Shown here: in pieces, positions 1-9,505 of the stretch
How the letters are laid out: every line of letters starts with the position of its first letter
Position numbering within the stretch: position 1 is the stretch's first letter
Assembly: GCA_965248575.1 (NCBI GenBank)
Contig: CBDFJQ010000002.1
Location: 3,328,001 to 3,392,000, forward strand
Source: Planctomycetota bacterium
Lineage (GTDB): Bacteria; Planctomycetota; B15-G4
DNA: 64,000 nt
Direction: 5' to 3'
Notes under the pieces: generated by a model
What the model was told of the DNA's origin: nothing
Databases searched by the model: none
What the model saw: the letters and a program-made list of their open reading frames with translations, nothing else
Translations under genes and position numbers: made by a program

Positions 1-250
1 CGACACAGCGCACTTCGGGGTGCTCGAAGCGCAGGTGCTGGTAGGCCGCCGCGAGTTCGATGTCCACTCCCAGGTCGTAACTGTTCAGCTTGAGCCGGTA
101 GTGCTCGTGCAGACCACGATCCTCCTGCACGTTCATGCGCAGCGTGGCGATCGCTCCGTCGACCGTGAGCTGCCAGTGGATGAAGTCCTCCGGCCGTCGG
201 TGGAACTCAAAGTGCGCGAGGGAGGCTGCGGGCATCTCGGTCGCTGTCAC
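1..250 (-). CDS. boxC: 2,3-epoxybenzoyl-CoA dihydrolase (benzoyl-CoA-dihydrodiol lyase), N-terminal part; runs off the window edge
   Basis: Not in the ORF track. Manual minus-strand translation gives (M)TATEMPAASLAHFEFHRRPEDFIHWQLTVDGAIATLRMNVQEDRGLHEHYRLKLNSYDLGVDIELAAAYQHLRFEHPEVRCV. LKLNSYDLGVDIEL...RFEHPEVR is the BoxC N-terminal signature, and the gene is divergent from a BoxR-type regulator. Start GTG 250 or ATG 235. Confidence 0.9.
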   Translation of the reverse strand, partial: MTATEMPAASLAHFEFHRRPEDFIHWQLTVDGAIATLRMNVQEDRGLHEHYRLKLNSYDLGVDIELAAAYQHLRFEHPEVRCV

Positions 251-321
251 AAGGACTCTCCTGGTCGTGAGGGGGCCCACTTGCCGCGCTCCTCGGCAAA
301 GCACCACCTCGGGGGAAGCGA

Positions 322-368
322 GGGAATATATCTTTCCCCATTCCTGCCTATATCGGCAATATAGTTCC
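322..368. promoter_or_regulatory. Candidate BoxR operator sites and boxR -10 element
   Basis: AT-rich island with imperfect palindromes GGGAATATATCTTTCCC (322-338) and GGCAATATAGTTCC (355-368). TATAGT (360-365) lies 6 nt before the ATG at 372. Confidence 0.45.
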
Positions 369-371
369 TGC

Positions 372-1112
372 ATGAAGCCAGAAGCCCTGCTCCTCGAAAT
401 TGGCACCCGCCTCCGTGAAGCCCGGAAGGGGCGCGGGCTGAGCTTGGCCGACGCCGCTCGCCGAGCCACCGTCAGCGCCCGCTATCTGCGCATGGCCGAG
501 GCCGGCAATGCCAACCTGTCGCTCCTGAAGCTGGCCGCCCTCGCCCGAACCCTGAAGCTTCCGCTGGGGCAGCTGTGCGACATCCCGCTCGGCGACGCAC
601 CCGAGCTACGCATCGCCCTGCTGGGAGTGCGAGGCTGCGGCAAGAGCACGGTGGGGCGCCATCTCGCGCATCAGCTTGAGGTCCCGTTCGTGGAGCTGGA
701 CGCCCTCGTCGAAGCACGCGCCGGAGTCCCCTTGCGCCAGCTCTTCTCCATCCACGGTGAGGAGCTCTTCCGGGAGCTCCAGCGCGAAGCCCTCGAGTCG
801 TGGCTGACCCAGCATGGCAGCGGGGTGCTGGCCACAGGCGGGTCCCTCGTAAGCCACCGCGAGACCTTCACTCGTCTGCGCGAAACCTGCCGCACCGTCT
901 GGCTACGGGCATCTCCTGAGGAGCACTGGCGTCGTGTGGTGGCCCAGGGAGACCTGCGCCCCATGCACGACCGCCCGCGCGCCATGCTCGAGCTGCGCTC
1001 CTTGCTCGACGCAAGGGAGGCGCTCTACTCCACAGCTGATCTGAGCGTGGACACCATGGACGTGGACGCGCCCACCATTGCGAGCCGCATCAGCAACTGG
1101 GCCCTGGGCTGA
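372..1112 (+). CDS. boxR: BzdR/BoxR-family regulator (XRE HTH + shikimate-kinase-like domain)
   Basis: XRE HTH (IGTRLREARKGRGLS...VSARYLRMAEAGNANLSL) fused to a shikimate-kinase fold (GVRGCGKST, ATGGS). Divergent from boxC. ATG 372 preferred to the ORF-track start at 135. Confidence 0.88.
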   Translation: MKPEALLLEIGTRLREARKGRGLSLADAARRATVSARYLRMAEAGNANLSLLKLAALARTLKLPLGQLCDIPLGDAPELRIALLGVRGCGKSTVGRHLAHQLEVPFVELDALVEARAGVPLRQLFSIHGEELFRELQREALESWLTQHGSGVLATGGSLVSHRETFTRLRETCRTVWLRASPEEHWRRVVAQGDLRPMHDRPRAMLELRSLLDAREALYSTADLSVDTMDVDAPTIASRISNWALG

Positions 1113-1141
1113 ACAGCCCAGGGCGTGGGCCAGCCGGAACG

Positions 1142-2992
1142 CTATGGGGCGGTGCTCACCACCGCATTGCTCAGGGCCCCACCAAAGGTCGACACCGTCG
1201 GATCCAGCACGCCCATCTGGTACCAGACCTTGGTTCCCGGAGCCTGACCGGACGGAAAGGGCAGGGACCCAGTGACGGACCCGTTCGCATCCAGCGCAAC
1301 GAAGATCTGGGCGAAGAACGGCCACGCGTGGAGCGTACCCCCAAGGAACGACGCTGGCGCTGAGTCGCCCGACAGCCAGAGCAATGCCAAGCCCGATGGT
1401 GTGCCCTGATCGAGGCTCAGCTGAAGCGGCGATCCCGGGGTGAGATCGCCGTCACCAATGAGGGTGGGCACGCCGTTTTGACCAGGCGTGCCGCCACCCA
1501 GCACTTCCCAACGAGGGGCAAAGAGACTCGGCAGCTTGGCCAGCGCCGCCCCCATCTGAGGCAACGGGCCTACCCAGCCGCCGCTCCCCTGGGCCAGGCC
1601 GGTGCTCGCCAGCAACAGCCGGATGTCGCGTGGCGGAAGCCGAGCGCCACCCAACGCCACCGCGGCCCCCTGCAGCTGGCACACAAGCCCTCCGATCAGG
1701 GCCGTGGCAGCGCTCGTCCCGTTGAAACTGTTGGTATAGGCCTGATTCGGGTCCCCGCCGATGATCAGCCAACTTCCTCCCAGGGAGACGACGATCTCGC
1801 CCCAGCCCTGGACGTCTACTCGCTCGCCGTACGAGCTGAAGTTCATGGCGTCGTGGCTCACGTCGGCCGTCCCGGCACCCACGATGATGGCCCCGGAGTC
1901 GCCCATGGCGCGGTAGTTGAAGTAAGCCGCCGAATCGAGGTTCTGGCTGCCGTTGCCGGCGGCCGCCACGACGACGACCCCCGCGTCCACACCGACCTTC
2001 ACGATCAGGAACAGGGAGGGGTCCACCTCGGCCGGGGCGAGCCCGCCACCCGGGCCGAAGGCCTGCATCTCGAGCACGACGACATCCCCGAAGGCGGAGT
2101 CGGCCAGGGCGTTCGCCACCGCCGTTTCGCGCCGCGGCCCCTCTTCGACGGTCCACTCCGGATAGGTGAACACCGAGCTTTCCCAGGCGATGCCCGTGAG
2201 CCCGTAGCTGTTCTTGCTGGCAGAGGTCAGACCCAAGACCGAGGTCCCGTGGTCATCCCAACCCATACTGATCACGTCGGGGTGGATTGTCTGGCCCGGC
2301 TCAGGTGTCACGCCGACATCCACGAGATCCTCGTGGTCGGTGTTCCAGCCGTACTCGCAATCGGTAAGCCTGATGCCAGCCCCTCGATACCCTTGGCTCC
2401 AGGCGAAGTTGATCTGGAAGCCGGGGTTTCCACCCAGGAACAGCTGGTTGACGGACAGGTTCGACGTCATCGGCGGGATGTCCCCCGGAGGAGGCGCGCC
2501 GAGGGTCTGCAGGTATGCGAACTCCACGGACGGCATGGCGCGCAGGCGGGCACCCACGCGCAGCATGTCCTCGAGACCGTCCTTCTCAAGCTGCACCGCG
2601 AGCAGGCCACCCAGGTCGGGCTGTGCCACGCCGGTCAGGATCTCAGCCCGGAGCGCGAGTTCCTTCAACCGCCGGTCGGGTGTCCCGAGCAACGGTGCGA
2701 ACTGCAAACCCTCTTCACGCGCCAGATCACCCAGGCCGGCAAGCTTCGCCCCTACGAGACTGCTCAGTGAGCCATCGGGGAGGGCGCGGGCTTGAAGTCC
2801 GTCGATCACCTTGATGATCAGGCGCCGTTGAGCCGGCCCGGCGGTCGGCGGCAGGGGGACCGCTCGCACGGGGCCAGGGTCCAGGGGGACTCGCGCCCGG
2901 AGCGCTTGACCGGATGCCGTCGGCAAGAACGCTGCAAGCAGGCAAACGAGAACGCGAACCGCGGCAGGGATAGCGCTTGAGGGGGAATGCAT
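1142..2992 (-). CDS. Secreted subtilisin-like S8 serine peptidase with prodomain and C-terminal beta-rich domain
   Basis: Signal peptide; catalytic motifs TDCEYG (Asp), DHGTSVLG (His), AAGN (oxyanion), GTSAA (Ser). Confidence 0.88.
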   Translation of the reverse strand: MHSPSSAIPAAVRVLVCLLAAFLPTASGQALRARVPLDPGPVRAVPLPPTAGPAQRRLIIKVIDGLQARALPDGSLSSLVGAKLAGLGDLAREEGLQFAPLLGTPDRRLKELALRAEILTGVAQPDLGGLLAVQLEKDGLEDMLRVGARLRAMPSVEFAYLQTLGAPPPGDIPPMTSNLSVNQLFLGGNPGFQINFAWSQGYRGAGIRLTDCEYGWNTDHEDLVDVGVTPEPGQTIHPDVISMGWDDHGTSVLGLTSASKNSYGLTGIAWESSVFTYPEWTVEEGPRRETAVANALADSAFGDVVVLEMQAFGPGGGLAPAEVDPSLFLIVKVGVDAGVVVVAAAGNGSQNLDSAAYFNYRAMGDSGAIIVGAGTADVSHDAMNFSSYGERVDVQGWGEIVVSLGGSWLIIGGDPNQAYTNSFNGTSAATALIGGLVCQLQGAAVALGGARLPPRDIRLLLASTGLAQGSGGWVGPLPQMGAALAKLPSLFAPRWEVLGGGTPGQNGVPTLIGDGDLTPGSPLQLSLDQGTPSGLALLWLSGDSAPASFLGGTLHAWPFFAQIFVALDANGSVTGSLPFPSGQAPGTKVWYQMGVLDPTVSTFGGALSNAVVSTAP

Positions 2993-3113
2993 GAGGGGAG
3001 GACAGCGGTCCCGACGCAGGAAGGCAAGCCACGGGACGGTGTTGCGAGCCCTTCAGAGTAGCAGCAGATCCAGGAACTGAAAATCTGGGCGCAACAACGG
3101 CCCTGGAGGGCTC

Positions 3114-4172
3114 TCAGAGAGCCTGCCGGGGCTGGGCCTCAGCCCAGCACACGTAATCCACCAGGCAGTGTTCAGCCCAGTAGCGGTCCCCGGTCTCGCG
3201 CAGGGCGCGTGAAGCCACGAATCCGCAGTGCCCCCCATGGCTGCTCATGACCAGCTGGATCGCAGGGCAGGCCTCCAGGATCTCCTGCTGATCCGGAGCC
3301 AGGTTGACGAGCAGATCGTCCTCGGAGTGCAGCACCAGGCTTGGGATCTTGAGTGATGGCAACGCCAGGCGACAGCTCGCCTGATCGTAGTACTCGTCCA
3401 CGCTTGTGTAGCCACAGTCCGGGGCCGTGGCCAGGGCATCGAAGCCCCTCAAGGTGTTGACGCCTTTTATGAGACGGGGGTCATAGCGATCCGGAAACAG
3501 CTCCGCGCGCCGTAGGAAGGTGGCTCGCAAGCGTTTCAGGAACGAGTCCCTGTAGATGCGCAGGGCCGGCAGGCTGTCGAGGTTCCCCGCGCAATGGTTG
3601 AGGTCAAGGACAGGCGAGACCGCCACGATGCTCGCCACGTCTGCCGGTGCATCGTCACCCCAGAGCCCCCCCAGGCGCAACGCGATGTTGCCGCCCATGG
3701 AGAAGCCCGTCATGTGGATGCGACGACAACGTTCGTCGAGCACGAGCGCGCGCACCACCGCCTCAAGGTCGTCCACGAGACCGGCGTGATACATGCTGCC
3801 CGCGAGGTGCTCGGTGTCGCCACAGTTGCGCATGTTCAGGCGCACGACATGAAAGCCCGCCGCATAGGCCTTGCGAACGGCACCGCGCATGTACGGCCGG
3901 TCAGCATGGCCGGCGAGCCCGTGGACGATGACCACCACCGGTGCGGCGCCCTGCTGCCATGAACAGAGTCCGAGCACCTTCGTGCCGTCATCCACATCGA
4001 AGACCTGCTCGACGAAGGCCGGGACCGGGTTGCTCCGATTGGGTCGAATGAACATCGACGCCAACGTCATCCGGTGGAACCCGCGCAACAACGCGTGTGG
4101 TTGAAACGCCTCGACCTGCAAGAGCTGCTCATCGCCCACGGCGGCCGACAGACGACTCGGACGCAGGGTCAT
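3114..4172 (-). CDS. YheT-like alpha/beta hydrolase
   Basis: VHGLAG, LNMRNCG, GFSMGG nucleophile elbow, GGHCGF His motif. Start at 4172 overlaps the upstream stop (ATGA). Confidence 0.85.
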   Translation of the reverse strand: MTLRPSRLSAAVGDEQLLQVEAFQPHALLRGFHRMTLASMFIRPNRSNPVPAFVEQVFDVDDGTKVLGLCSWQQGAAPVVVIVHGLAGHADRPYMRGAVRKAYAAGFHVVRLNMRNCGDTEHLAGSMYHAGLVDDLEAVVRALVLDERCRRIHMTGFSMGGNIALRLGGLWGDDAPADVASIVAVSPVLDLNHCAGNLDSLPALRIYRDSFLKRLRATFLRRAELFPDRYDPRLIKGVNTLRGFDALATAPDCGYTSVDEYYDQASCRLALPSLKIPSLVLHSEDDLLVNLAPDQQEILEACPAIQLVMSSHGGHCGFVASRALRETGDRYWAEHCLVDYVCWAEAQPRQAL

Positions 4173-4906
4173 GACCCGCGGGCCGGCGCTCCGTGTGAGC
4201 GCTTCTGGAGCAGGGCACCGAGGGTCCCGGAGTTCTTGAAGTGATCCCAGAGCAGCCACTTCAGAGGCGGGAACCACTTGTATCGACGACATTCGAACAT
4301 CGGGATGATGTGTTCGAAGCGCTGGACATCCGCGCCCGCCGCATCTGCATGCTCGCTGACCCCTTCCTTGCCAAACGAATGCTGGTGCCCATACAGGAAG
4401 TAGTCCTTCCGGCAGTGCGGGCAGAGCGTCTTCTCGATCTCGATGCAGTAGGGCACCGAGATGAGGACGTATTGGGACGACACCCGCACGAGCTCGGCGA
4501 ACGCACGCGCCGGGTCATCAAGATGCTCGAGCAGGTCGGTGCACAGGACCAAGGGGAAGGTGTCGTCCGCGAACGGGATGTCGTAGATGCTTCCCGCCGT
4601 GAAGTTCACATCCTGGACATCGTGAACACCGCGACTGGCGCGGCGGATGGAGAGGTCCATCCCGACGGCCTTGTCCAAGCCGGAGTTCGCCAGCACATCG
4701 CGGCTCAGCGCACCATCACCGCAACCAGCATCGAGCAAGGTGCCCGAGATCTGGGGCGGAAGCATCCGATGCACCAGCGTCCTGCGGTGCTTCCATGACT
4801 CCTCATGCTCATTCGAGATGAGATAGGTGTCCGCCTCGTACTCGTAGAACTCCCGATACACCTCGGGCGACGAGCTGCTGGATGTCTTGGTTGCTGGTGG
4901 CGTCAT
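4169..4906 (-). CDS. Class I SAM-dependent methyltransferase
   Basis: LLDAGCGDG motif I, GMDLS, IPFADDTF, LEHLDDP; also a CPHC motif. Confidence 0.85.
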   Translation of the reverse strand: MTPPATKTSSSSSPEVYREFYEYEADTYLISNEHEESWKHRRTLVHRMLPPQISGTLLDAGCGDGALSRDVLANSGLDKAVGMDLSIRRASRGVHDVQDVNFTAGSIYDIPFADDTFPLVLCTDLLEHLDDPARAFAELVRVSSQYVLISVPYCIEIEKTLCPHCRKDYFLYGHQHSFGKEGVSEHADAAGADVQRFEHIIPMFECRRYKWFPPLKWLLWDHFKNSGTLGALLQKRSHGAPARGS

Positions 4907-5002
4907 ACGCTGTGTTCTCCGCTTCTAGACGAACCTGGGTCGCGCAGCCCCCGGGCACGCGAGAGCCTACACCAGCCGATCTCTCCCTGCTGGCTCCGTG
5001 TC

Positions 5003-5821
5003 TTAGGGGAAGACCCGCAGCTGCTGCAAGCTTCCAGACCGGCGGCTCAGCTCGCGGAGACTGTCGCGCCCGACCTGTCCCAGGTCCATGGTGTGGTCGT
5101 TCACGTAGAGCTTCACATGCCGCCAGATCACCTCGTCTGACAGCTCCTGCGCATGGGCTCGCATGGTCGGCAAGCTGCGTTCGGGTTCGGCCAGCGAGAG
5201 CGCCAAGGACTCCATCAGGGCCGCCTGGAGCTTCCGACGGCTTGCCGCTGGCAGATCGTGCCGACAAATCAATCCGCCCAAGGGGACGGGCTGGTGTGTC
5301 CAAGCCTCCCAGCTCTGCCCCAGGTCTTCCTGCAGGGCCAGGCCCTGGTCCTGATAGGTGAAGCGGCCCTCGTGGATGCACACGCCGGCGTCCGCCTCAC
5401 CTGCAACGAGGGCGGGCATGATCTCGTCGAAGCGCCGGTGCTCAAGCTGGGTGACCTCAGGGTGCAGGCAGCGCATGAGCAGCGTAGCGGTTGTCCCCTC
5501 CCCTGGGCAGAGAACCCGCGACTCCGGTCCGAGGGGTTCGCCGACCGACTGCGAAGGGGACAGCAGGACGGGCCCCACGCCGAAACCGAGCGCGGATCCC
5601 ACCGGCAGCACCCCGTAGTCTTCCGCCAGCACGAGAGCCGTAGCGAAGCTCGCCTTGGACACGTGAAGCGCCCCTTGCTGCAAGGCCTCGTTAAGTTCCT
5701 GCACGTCGGCCAGGCGGAAGTTCAGCTCCAAGTCATCCACCGACACCCGGCCCTCGAGCAGGGGAGCGAACAGGAAGGTGTCATTGGGGCAAGTGGACAA
5801 GCCCACGTGCAGCGTCGTCAT
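5003..5821 (-). CDS. mqnD: 1,4-dihydroxy-6-naphthoate synthase (futalosine pathway)
   Basis: STCPNDTF, DVQELN, GSALGFGVGP, IHEGRFTY, PLGG, HVKLYVN motifs; adjacent to mqnB. Confidence 0.92.
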   Translation of the reverse strand: MTTLHVGLSTCPNDTFLFAPLLEGRVSVDDLELNFRLADVQELNEALQQGALHVSKASFATALVLAEDYGVLPVGSALGFGVGPVLLSPSQSVGEPLGPESRVLCPGEGTTATLLMRCLHPEVTQLEHRRFDEIMPALVAGEADAGVCIHEGRFTYQDQGLALQEDLGQSWEAWTHQPVPLGGLICRHDLPAASRRKLQAALMESLALSLAEPERSLPTMRAHAQELSDEVIWRHVKLYVNDHTMDLGQVGRDSLRELSRRSGSLQQLRVFP

Positions 5822-6492
5822 GGCGCCAACTCGGTGACCCGCCGCAGGAAGCGACCGGTCAGGCTTAGCGCGCTCGACACCTTCCACTCACCCTTGTCCC
5901 GCACTCCCGCGCGATTGCTCACACCTCGGACGATGGAGAGGGGGACCCCCGCGCGTCCACAGGCAACAGCCACGGCGTAGCCTTCCATCTCCTCCACCAA
6001 CACGCTGGGGCGCCGGCCGGACCAGTCGTCCGATTCCGAAACCTTGTTGCTGGAAGCTGCGACGGTGCCGATCTCACCCGCGAGCAGCGATCCCTCTCCG
6101 AAGGCCGCTGTGGCGGGCTGGGGCATCGCCCCAAGCCAGGCCGTGGGTACCTCAAGCGGCCAGGTGTCGGGCGCCATCTGCTCACCGGGAGGGGCCATGT
6201 CGGACAAGGATCCGAAGTCTCGCCCGTGACCGGCGCCGAGGCCCTCGTTGTGGACGCATGTCCCGATCACCAGGCTGCCAATGGGTGCTCGCACCAGATC
6301 ACGGCTGCCAGCCAAGCCCGCGAGGATGCAGTGGGACGGAGCGTGACGACGCAAGAAGTGCTCCGCGCCCAAGGCGGCGGCCACCAACCCCATGCCACAC
6401 ACTTCCACCGTCAGGGCCCCGCGGCTCTCGGCGGGAAAGTCTCCGAGCGCGTCGCGCTCAAACTGGGTGGGCACCAAGAGCAGGACCGTCAC
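5818..6492 (-). CDS. mqnB: Futalosine hydrolase (nucleoside phosphorylase fold)
   Basis: CGMGLVAAA, GLAG, EEMEGYAVAVAC, RGVSNRAGVRDKGEW motifs. GTG start overlaps the upstream stop; coupled to mqnD. Confidence 0.82.
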   Translation of the reverse strand: MTVLLLVPTQFERDALGDFPAESRGALTVEVCGMGLVAAALGAEHFLRRHAPSHCILAGLAGSRDLVRAPIGSLVIGTCVHNEGLGAGHGRDFGSLSDMAPPGEQMAPDTWPLEVPTAWLGAMPQPATAAFGEGSLLAGEIGTVAASSNKVSESDDWSGRRPSVLVEEMEGYAVAVACGRAGVPLSIVRGVSNRAGVRDKGEWKVSSALSLTGRFLRRVTELAP

Positions 6493-7175
6493 GGCACGTG
6501 GCCCTTCTCCAGGAGATCTTCCAAGCTGGGCTCGTAGCGATGCTCCCAATCGCCGACAGGAATCCTCAGACACCAGCGGCGCCCCACCTGCCCGGCCACT
6601 TCCCCGCGGTCCCGCTCACCCAGCAGGACGAGCGCGGTCCGGCGGGACGGGGGATAGGCCCGCGTAATCTGCAAAAATGCCTCCACGGACCCGGCCACCG
6701 CCTGGGCCTCGAGTTGGCCTTCCAGCGCGAGGCCGACGACGAAGGGCCGGCCACCGGAACGATTCCCCAGGAAGTCCGCTGCCGACTTTATGGCTTTCGC
6801 TCCCCTTTCCTGGCCGTCCTGGCCCTCAAATCCGTCGAGGACCACGGCCCACGCCTGGGCGTCGCCGCCCGGATTCCGATCGATCTGCCCGGAGGCGAAG
6901 AGGGTCGTGGCGTGACCCGTCTTGGACCAGGACGCCACCAGCGACGGTTCGAAGGGCCGAAAAAGGCCCTCGGTGGAAGCGACCCACTCGAGGGTAGCCC
7001 CCTCCCAACGGGCCCGTAGACCCTCCAGGGCGGTCGCCCCCAGGGCAGGGCAGTCGACCAGGATCAACCCCGGGACGCTCGAAGTCCCCATCCGCTCTTC
7101 CAGGTGCTTCACGCTCAGCACCCCGGCCAGCAGGATCAAAACCATCGCCGTCAGGATGTGAGGGAGGCGAATCAC
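6489..7175 (-). CDS. Membrane-anchored hypothetical protein, possibly a degenerate alkaline-phosphatase/sulfatase fold
   Basis: N-terminal TM helix; segments GLILVD, TGHATTLF, GRPFVVGL, RRTALVLLGE echo sulfatase core strands. Start uncertain (7175 or 7196). Confidence 0.6.
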   Translation of the reverse strand: MIRLPHILTAMVLILLAGVLSVKHLEERMGTSSVPGLILVDCPALGATALEGLRARWEGATLEWVASTEGLFRPFEPSLVASWSKTGHATTLFASGQIDRNPGGDAQAWAVVLDGFEGQDGQERGAKAIKSAADFLGNRSGGRPFVVGLALEGQLEAQAVAGSVEAFLQITRAYPPSRRTALVLLGERDRGEVAGQVGRRWCLRIPVGDWEHRYEPSLEDLLEKGHVP

Positions 7176-7229
7176 GAGAGGATGCGTCTCGAGCAAGGGT
7201 GATTAGGCAAGTTGGAGGCCACTGGCCGG

Positions 7230-7258
7230 TTGACCAATATCAGGCGACCTGTTGCAAT
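7230..7258 (+). promoter_or_regulatory. Possible sigma70 promoter of fusA
   Basis: TTGACC-17 nt-TGCAAT in an AT-richer intergenic region. Confidence 0.3.
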
Positions 7259-7353
7259 ACGCGGCTTTTATACCCTCTGAACAGAGTGATCCGCAGCTTC
7301 AAGAGACTTCACTCAGAAGCGCTACCGCTCGAATCCCACGGCAACTCCAGATC

Positions 7354-9480
7354 ATGTCCAACGCCACCGCCAACACGCCGACCAAGGGGAAGAAGAACCC
7401 CCTCGGCTTCCTTCGGAACATCGGCATCATCGCCCATATCGACGCGGGTAAGACGACCGTCACCGAGCGCATCCTCTACTACACAGGTCGCAGCCGGAAC
7501 ATCGGCGAGGTCCACGATGGTATGGCCACGATGGATCACCTGGAAGAGGAGCGGGAGCGCGGCATCACGATCACGTCTGCCGCGACGACCTGCATCTGGG
7601 GCAAGCACACCATCAACATCATCGACACCCCTGGACACGTGGACTTCACGGCTGAGGTCGAGCGCTCCTTGCGAGTACTCGACGGCGCCGTGGCCGTGTT
7701 CGACGGTGTGGCAGGCGTAGAGGCTCAATCCGAAACGGTCTGGCGCCAAGCTGACAAGTACGAAGTGCCGCGTATCGCTTTCGTCAACAAGCTCGACCGG
7801 ACCGGTGCGAGCTTCGACTTCTGCCTCGAGTCCATGGTGACGCGCCTGGGTGTCCACCCTGTGCCCATCATGTTGAACATCGGTCTCGAAGGCGACTACG
7901 TCGGCAACATCGACCTCATCAGCATGAAGGCTCGCTATTTCGGCGAAGGTGGCGACGACACCGCCTTCGAAGAGCGCGAGATTCCCGAAGAACTCTTGGA
8001 AGCCGCACAGGAGTCCCGCCACAACATGGTCGAGGCCGCCTGCATGGTGGACGACAACCTGCTCGAGCGTTTCCTTGAGGACGAATCCCAGATCTCGGAG
8101 AAGGAGATCATCAGTGCTCTCCGGACCGGCACCGTCGAGCGCAAGCTGCTCGTGGTTCTGTGTGGCGCCGCGCTTCGCAACAAGGGCGTCCAGGCCACGT
8201 TGGACGCAATTTGTGAGTTCCTGCCTTCGCCCTTGGATCAGCCGCCGGTATCTGGCACCGACGACTCAGGCGAGCCCACCGAGCGTGGCTGCGATATCGA
8301 ACAGCCCTTCTCGGCCCTGGCCTTCAAGACGGTCTTCGACCCCAATGGTGACCTGACGTTCATCCGGGTCTACTCCGGCACGGGTACCGCCGGCGACCAG
8401 TTCATCAACACGCGCACCGGCAAGAAGGAGCGCTTCGGCCGCCTCTACCGCATGCACGCTGCCTCGCGTGAGCCGATCGACGCCTGCAAGGCGGGCGACA
8501 TCGTCGCAGCGGTGGGCCTGAAGAACACCAACACCGGTGACACCCTCGCTGACCCCAACAAGCCGATCACGCTCGAGTCCGTGGATTTCCCAGACACCGT
8601 GATCTCGATGTCCATCGAGCCGAAGTCCAAGGGTGACCGGGACAAGCTCTCCCAGACCCTCGCCGTGCTCGCCAGGGAAGACCCGACCTTCCACGCCTGG
8701 ACTGACGAAGAAACCACCGAGACCATCATCGCCGGCATGGGTGAGCTGCACCTCGAAGTGCTTCGTCACCGCATCATCCGCGAGTTCAAAGTGGACGCTG
8801 AGTGTGGCAAGCCCCGCGTGGCTTACCGCCAGACCATCGATCAGGACCTGGAGCGTGTGGAAGGCAAGCACGTCAAGCAGACGGGTGGCCACGGTCAGTT
8901 CGCCGTGGTGCGTATGCGCTTCGAGCGTCTCACCGACAGCCAGGACATCGAGTTCGTGGACGAGATCAAGGGCGGCTCGGTGCCGCGCGAGTACATCCCG
9001 GCCGTAGGCAAGGGCGTGAAGGCTGCCTCGGTGAAGGGCCGCGAGTACCCGTTCCCCTTCGTGGGCGTCAAATGCACGCTCTTCGACGGCAAGTCCCATG
9101 ACGTGGATAGTTCGGACATGGCCTTCCAGTCCGCGGGTAAACTCGCCTTCAACTCCGCTGTGGGCGGCAACCAGATCTTCCTCGAGCCCATGATGAAGAT
9201 CGAGGTGCTCTGCCCTGAAGACAACCTGGGCGACGTGATCGGCGACTTGAACAGCCGTCGTACGAACATCGACGAGATCACTGACCGCGTGCACCTGAAG
9301 GTCATCACCGGCATGGTTCCCGTGGCCGAGACCTTCAACTACTCCTCGAAGCTGCGCAGTTTGACGGCTGGTCGCGGCACGTACTCGATGGAGCCGACGG
9401 GCTACGCCCCGGTTCCCGCGTCCGTGCGCGAGTCCATCGTCAAGGAGGTCGAGGAGATGCGGAAGGCCAGGCACGGCTGA
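7354..9480 (+). CDS. fusA: Elongation factor G
   Basis: [49 protein letters not shown] motifs. Confidence 0.97.
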   Translation: MSNATANTPTKGKKNPLGFLRNIGIIAHIDAGKTTVTERILYYTGRSRNIGEVHDGMATMDHLEEERERGITITSAATTCIWGKHTINIIDTPGHVDFTAEVERSLRVLDGAVAVFDGVAGVEAQSETVWRQADKYEVPRIAFVNKLDRTGASFDFCLESMVTRLGVHPVPIMLNIGLEGDYVGNIDLISMKARYFGEGGDDTAFEEREIPEELLEAAQESRHNMVEAACMVDDNLLERFLEDESQISEKEIISALRTGTVERKLLVVLCGAALRNKGVQATLDAICEFLPSPLDQPPVSGTDDSGEPTERGCDIEQPFSALAFKTVFDPNGDLTFIRVYSGTGTAGDQFINTRTGKKERFGRLYRMHAASREPIDACKAGDIVAAVGLKNTNTGDTLADPNKPITLESVDFPDTVISMSIEPKSKGDRDKLSQTLAVLAREDPTFHAWTDEETTETIIAGMGELHLEVLRHRIIREFKVDAECGKPRVAYRQTIDQDLERVEGKHVKQTGGHGQFAVVRMRFERLTDSQDIEFVDEIKGGSVPREYIPAVGKGVKAASVKGREYPFPFVGVKCTLFDGKSHDVDSSDMAFQSAGKLAFNSAVGGNQIFLEPMMKIEVLCPEDNLGDVIGDLNSRRTNIDEITDRVHLKVITGMVPVAETFNYSSKLRSLTAGRGTYSMEPTGYAPVPASVRESIVKEVEEMRKARHG

Positions 9481-9505
9481 GCCGGACGGCGCCTGCCGGG
9501 TCGGG

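Noticed and set aside
135..371. Extended N-terminus of boxR in the ORF track (likewise for fusA, rho, uppS, GH2, HMG-CoA lyase and the second ECF)
   Set aside because: The extensions overlap neighbouring genes or promoters and lack family similarity; downstream starts fit better.
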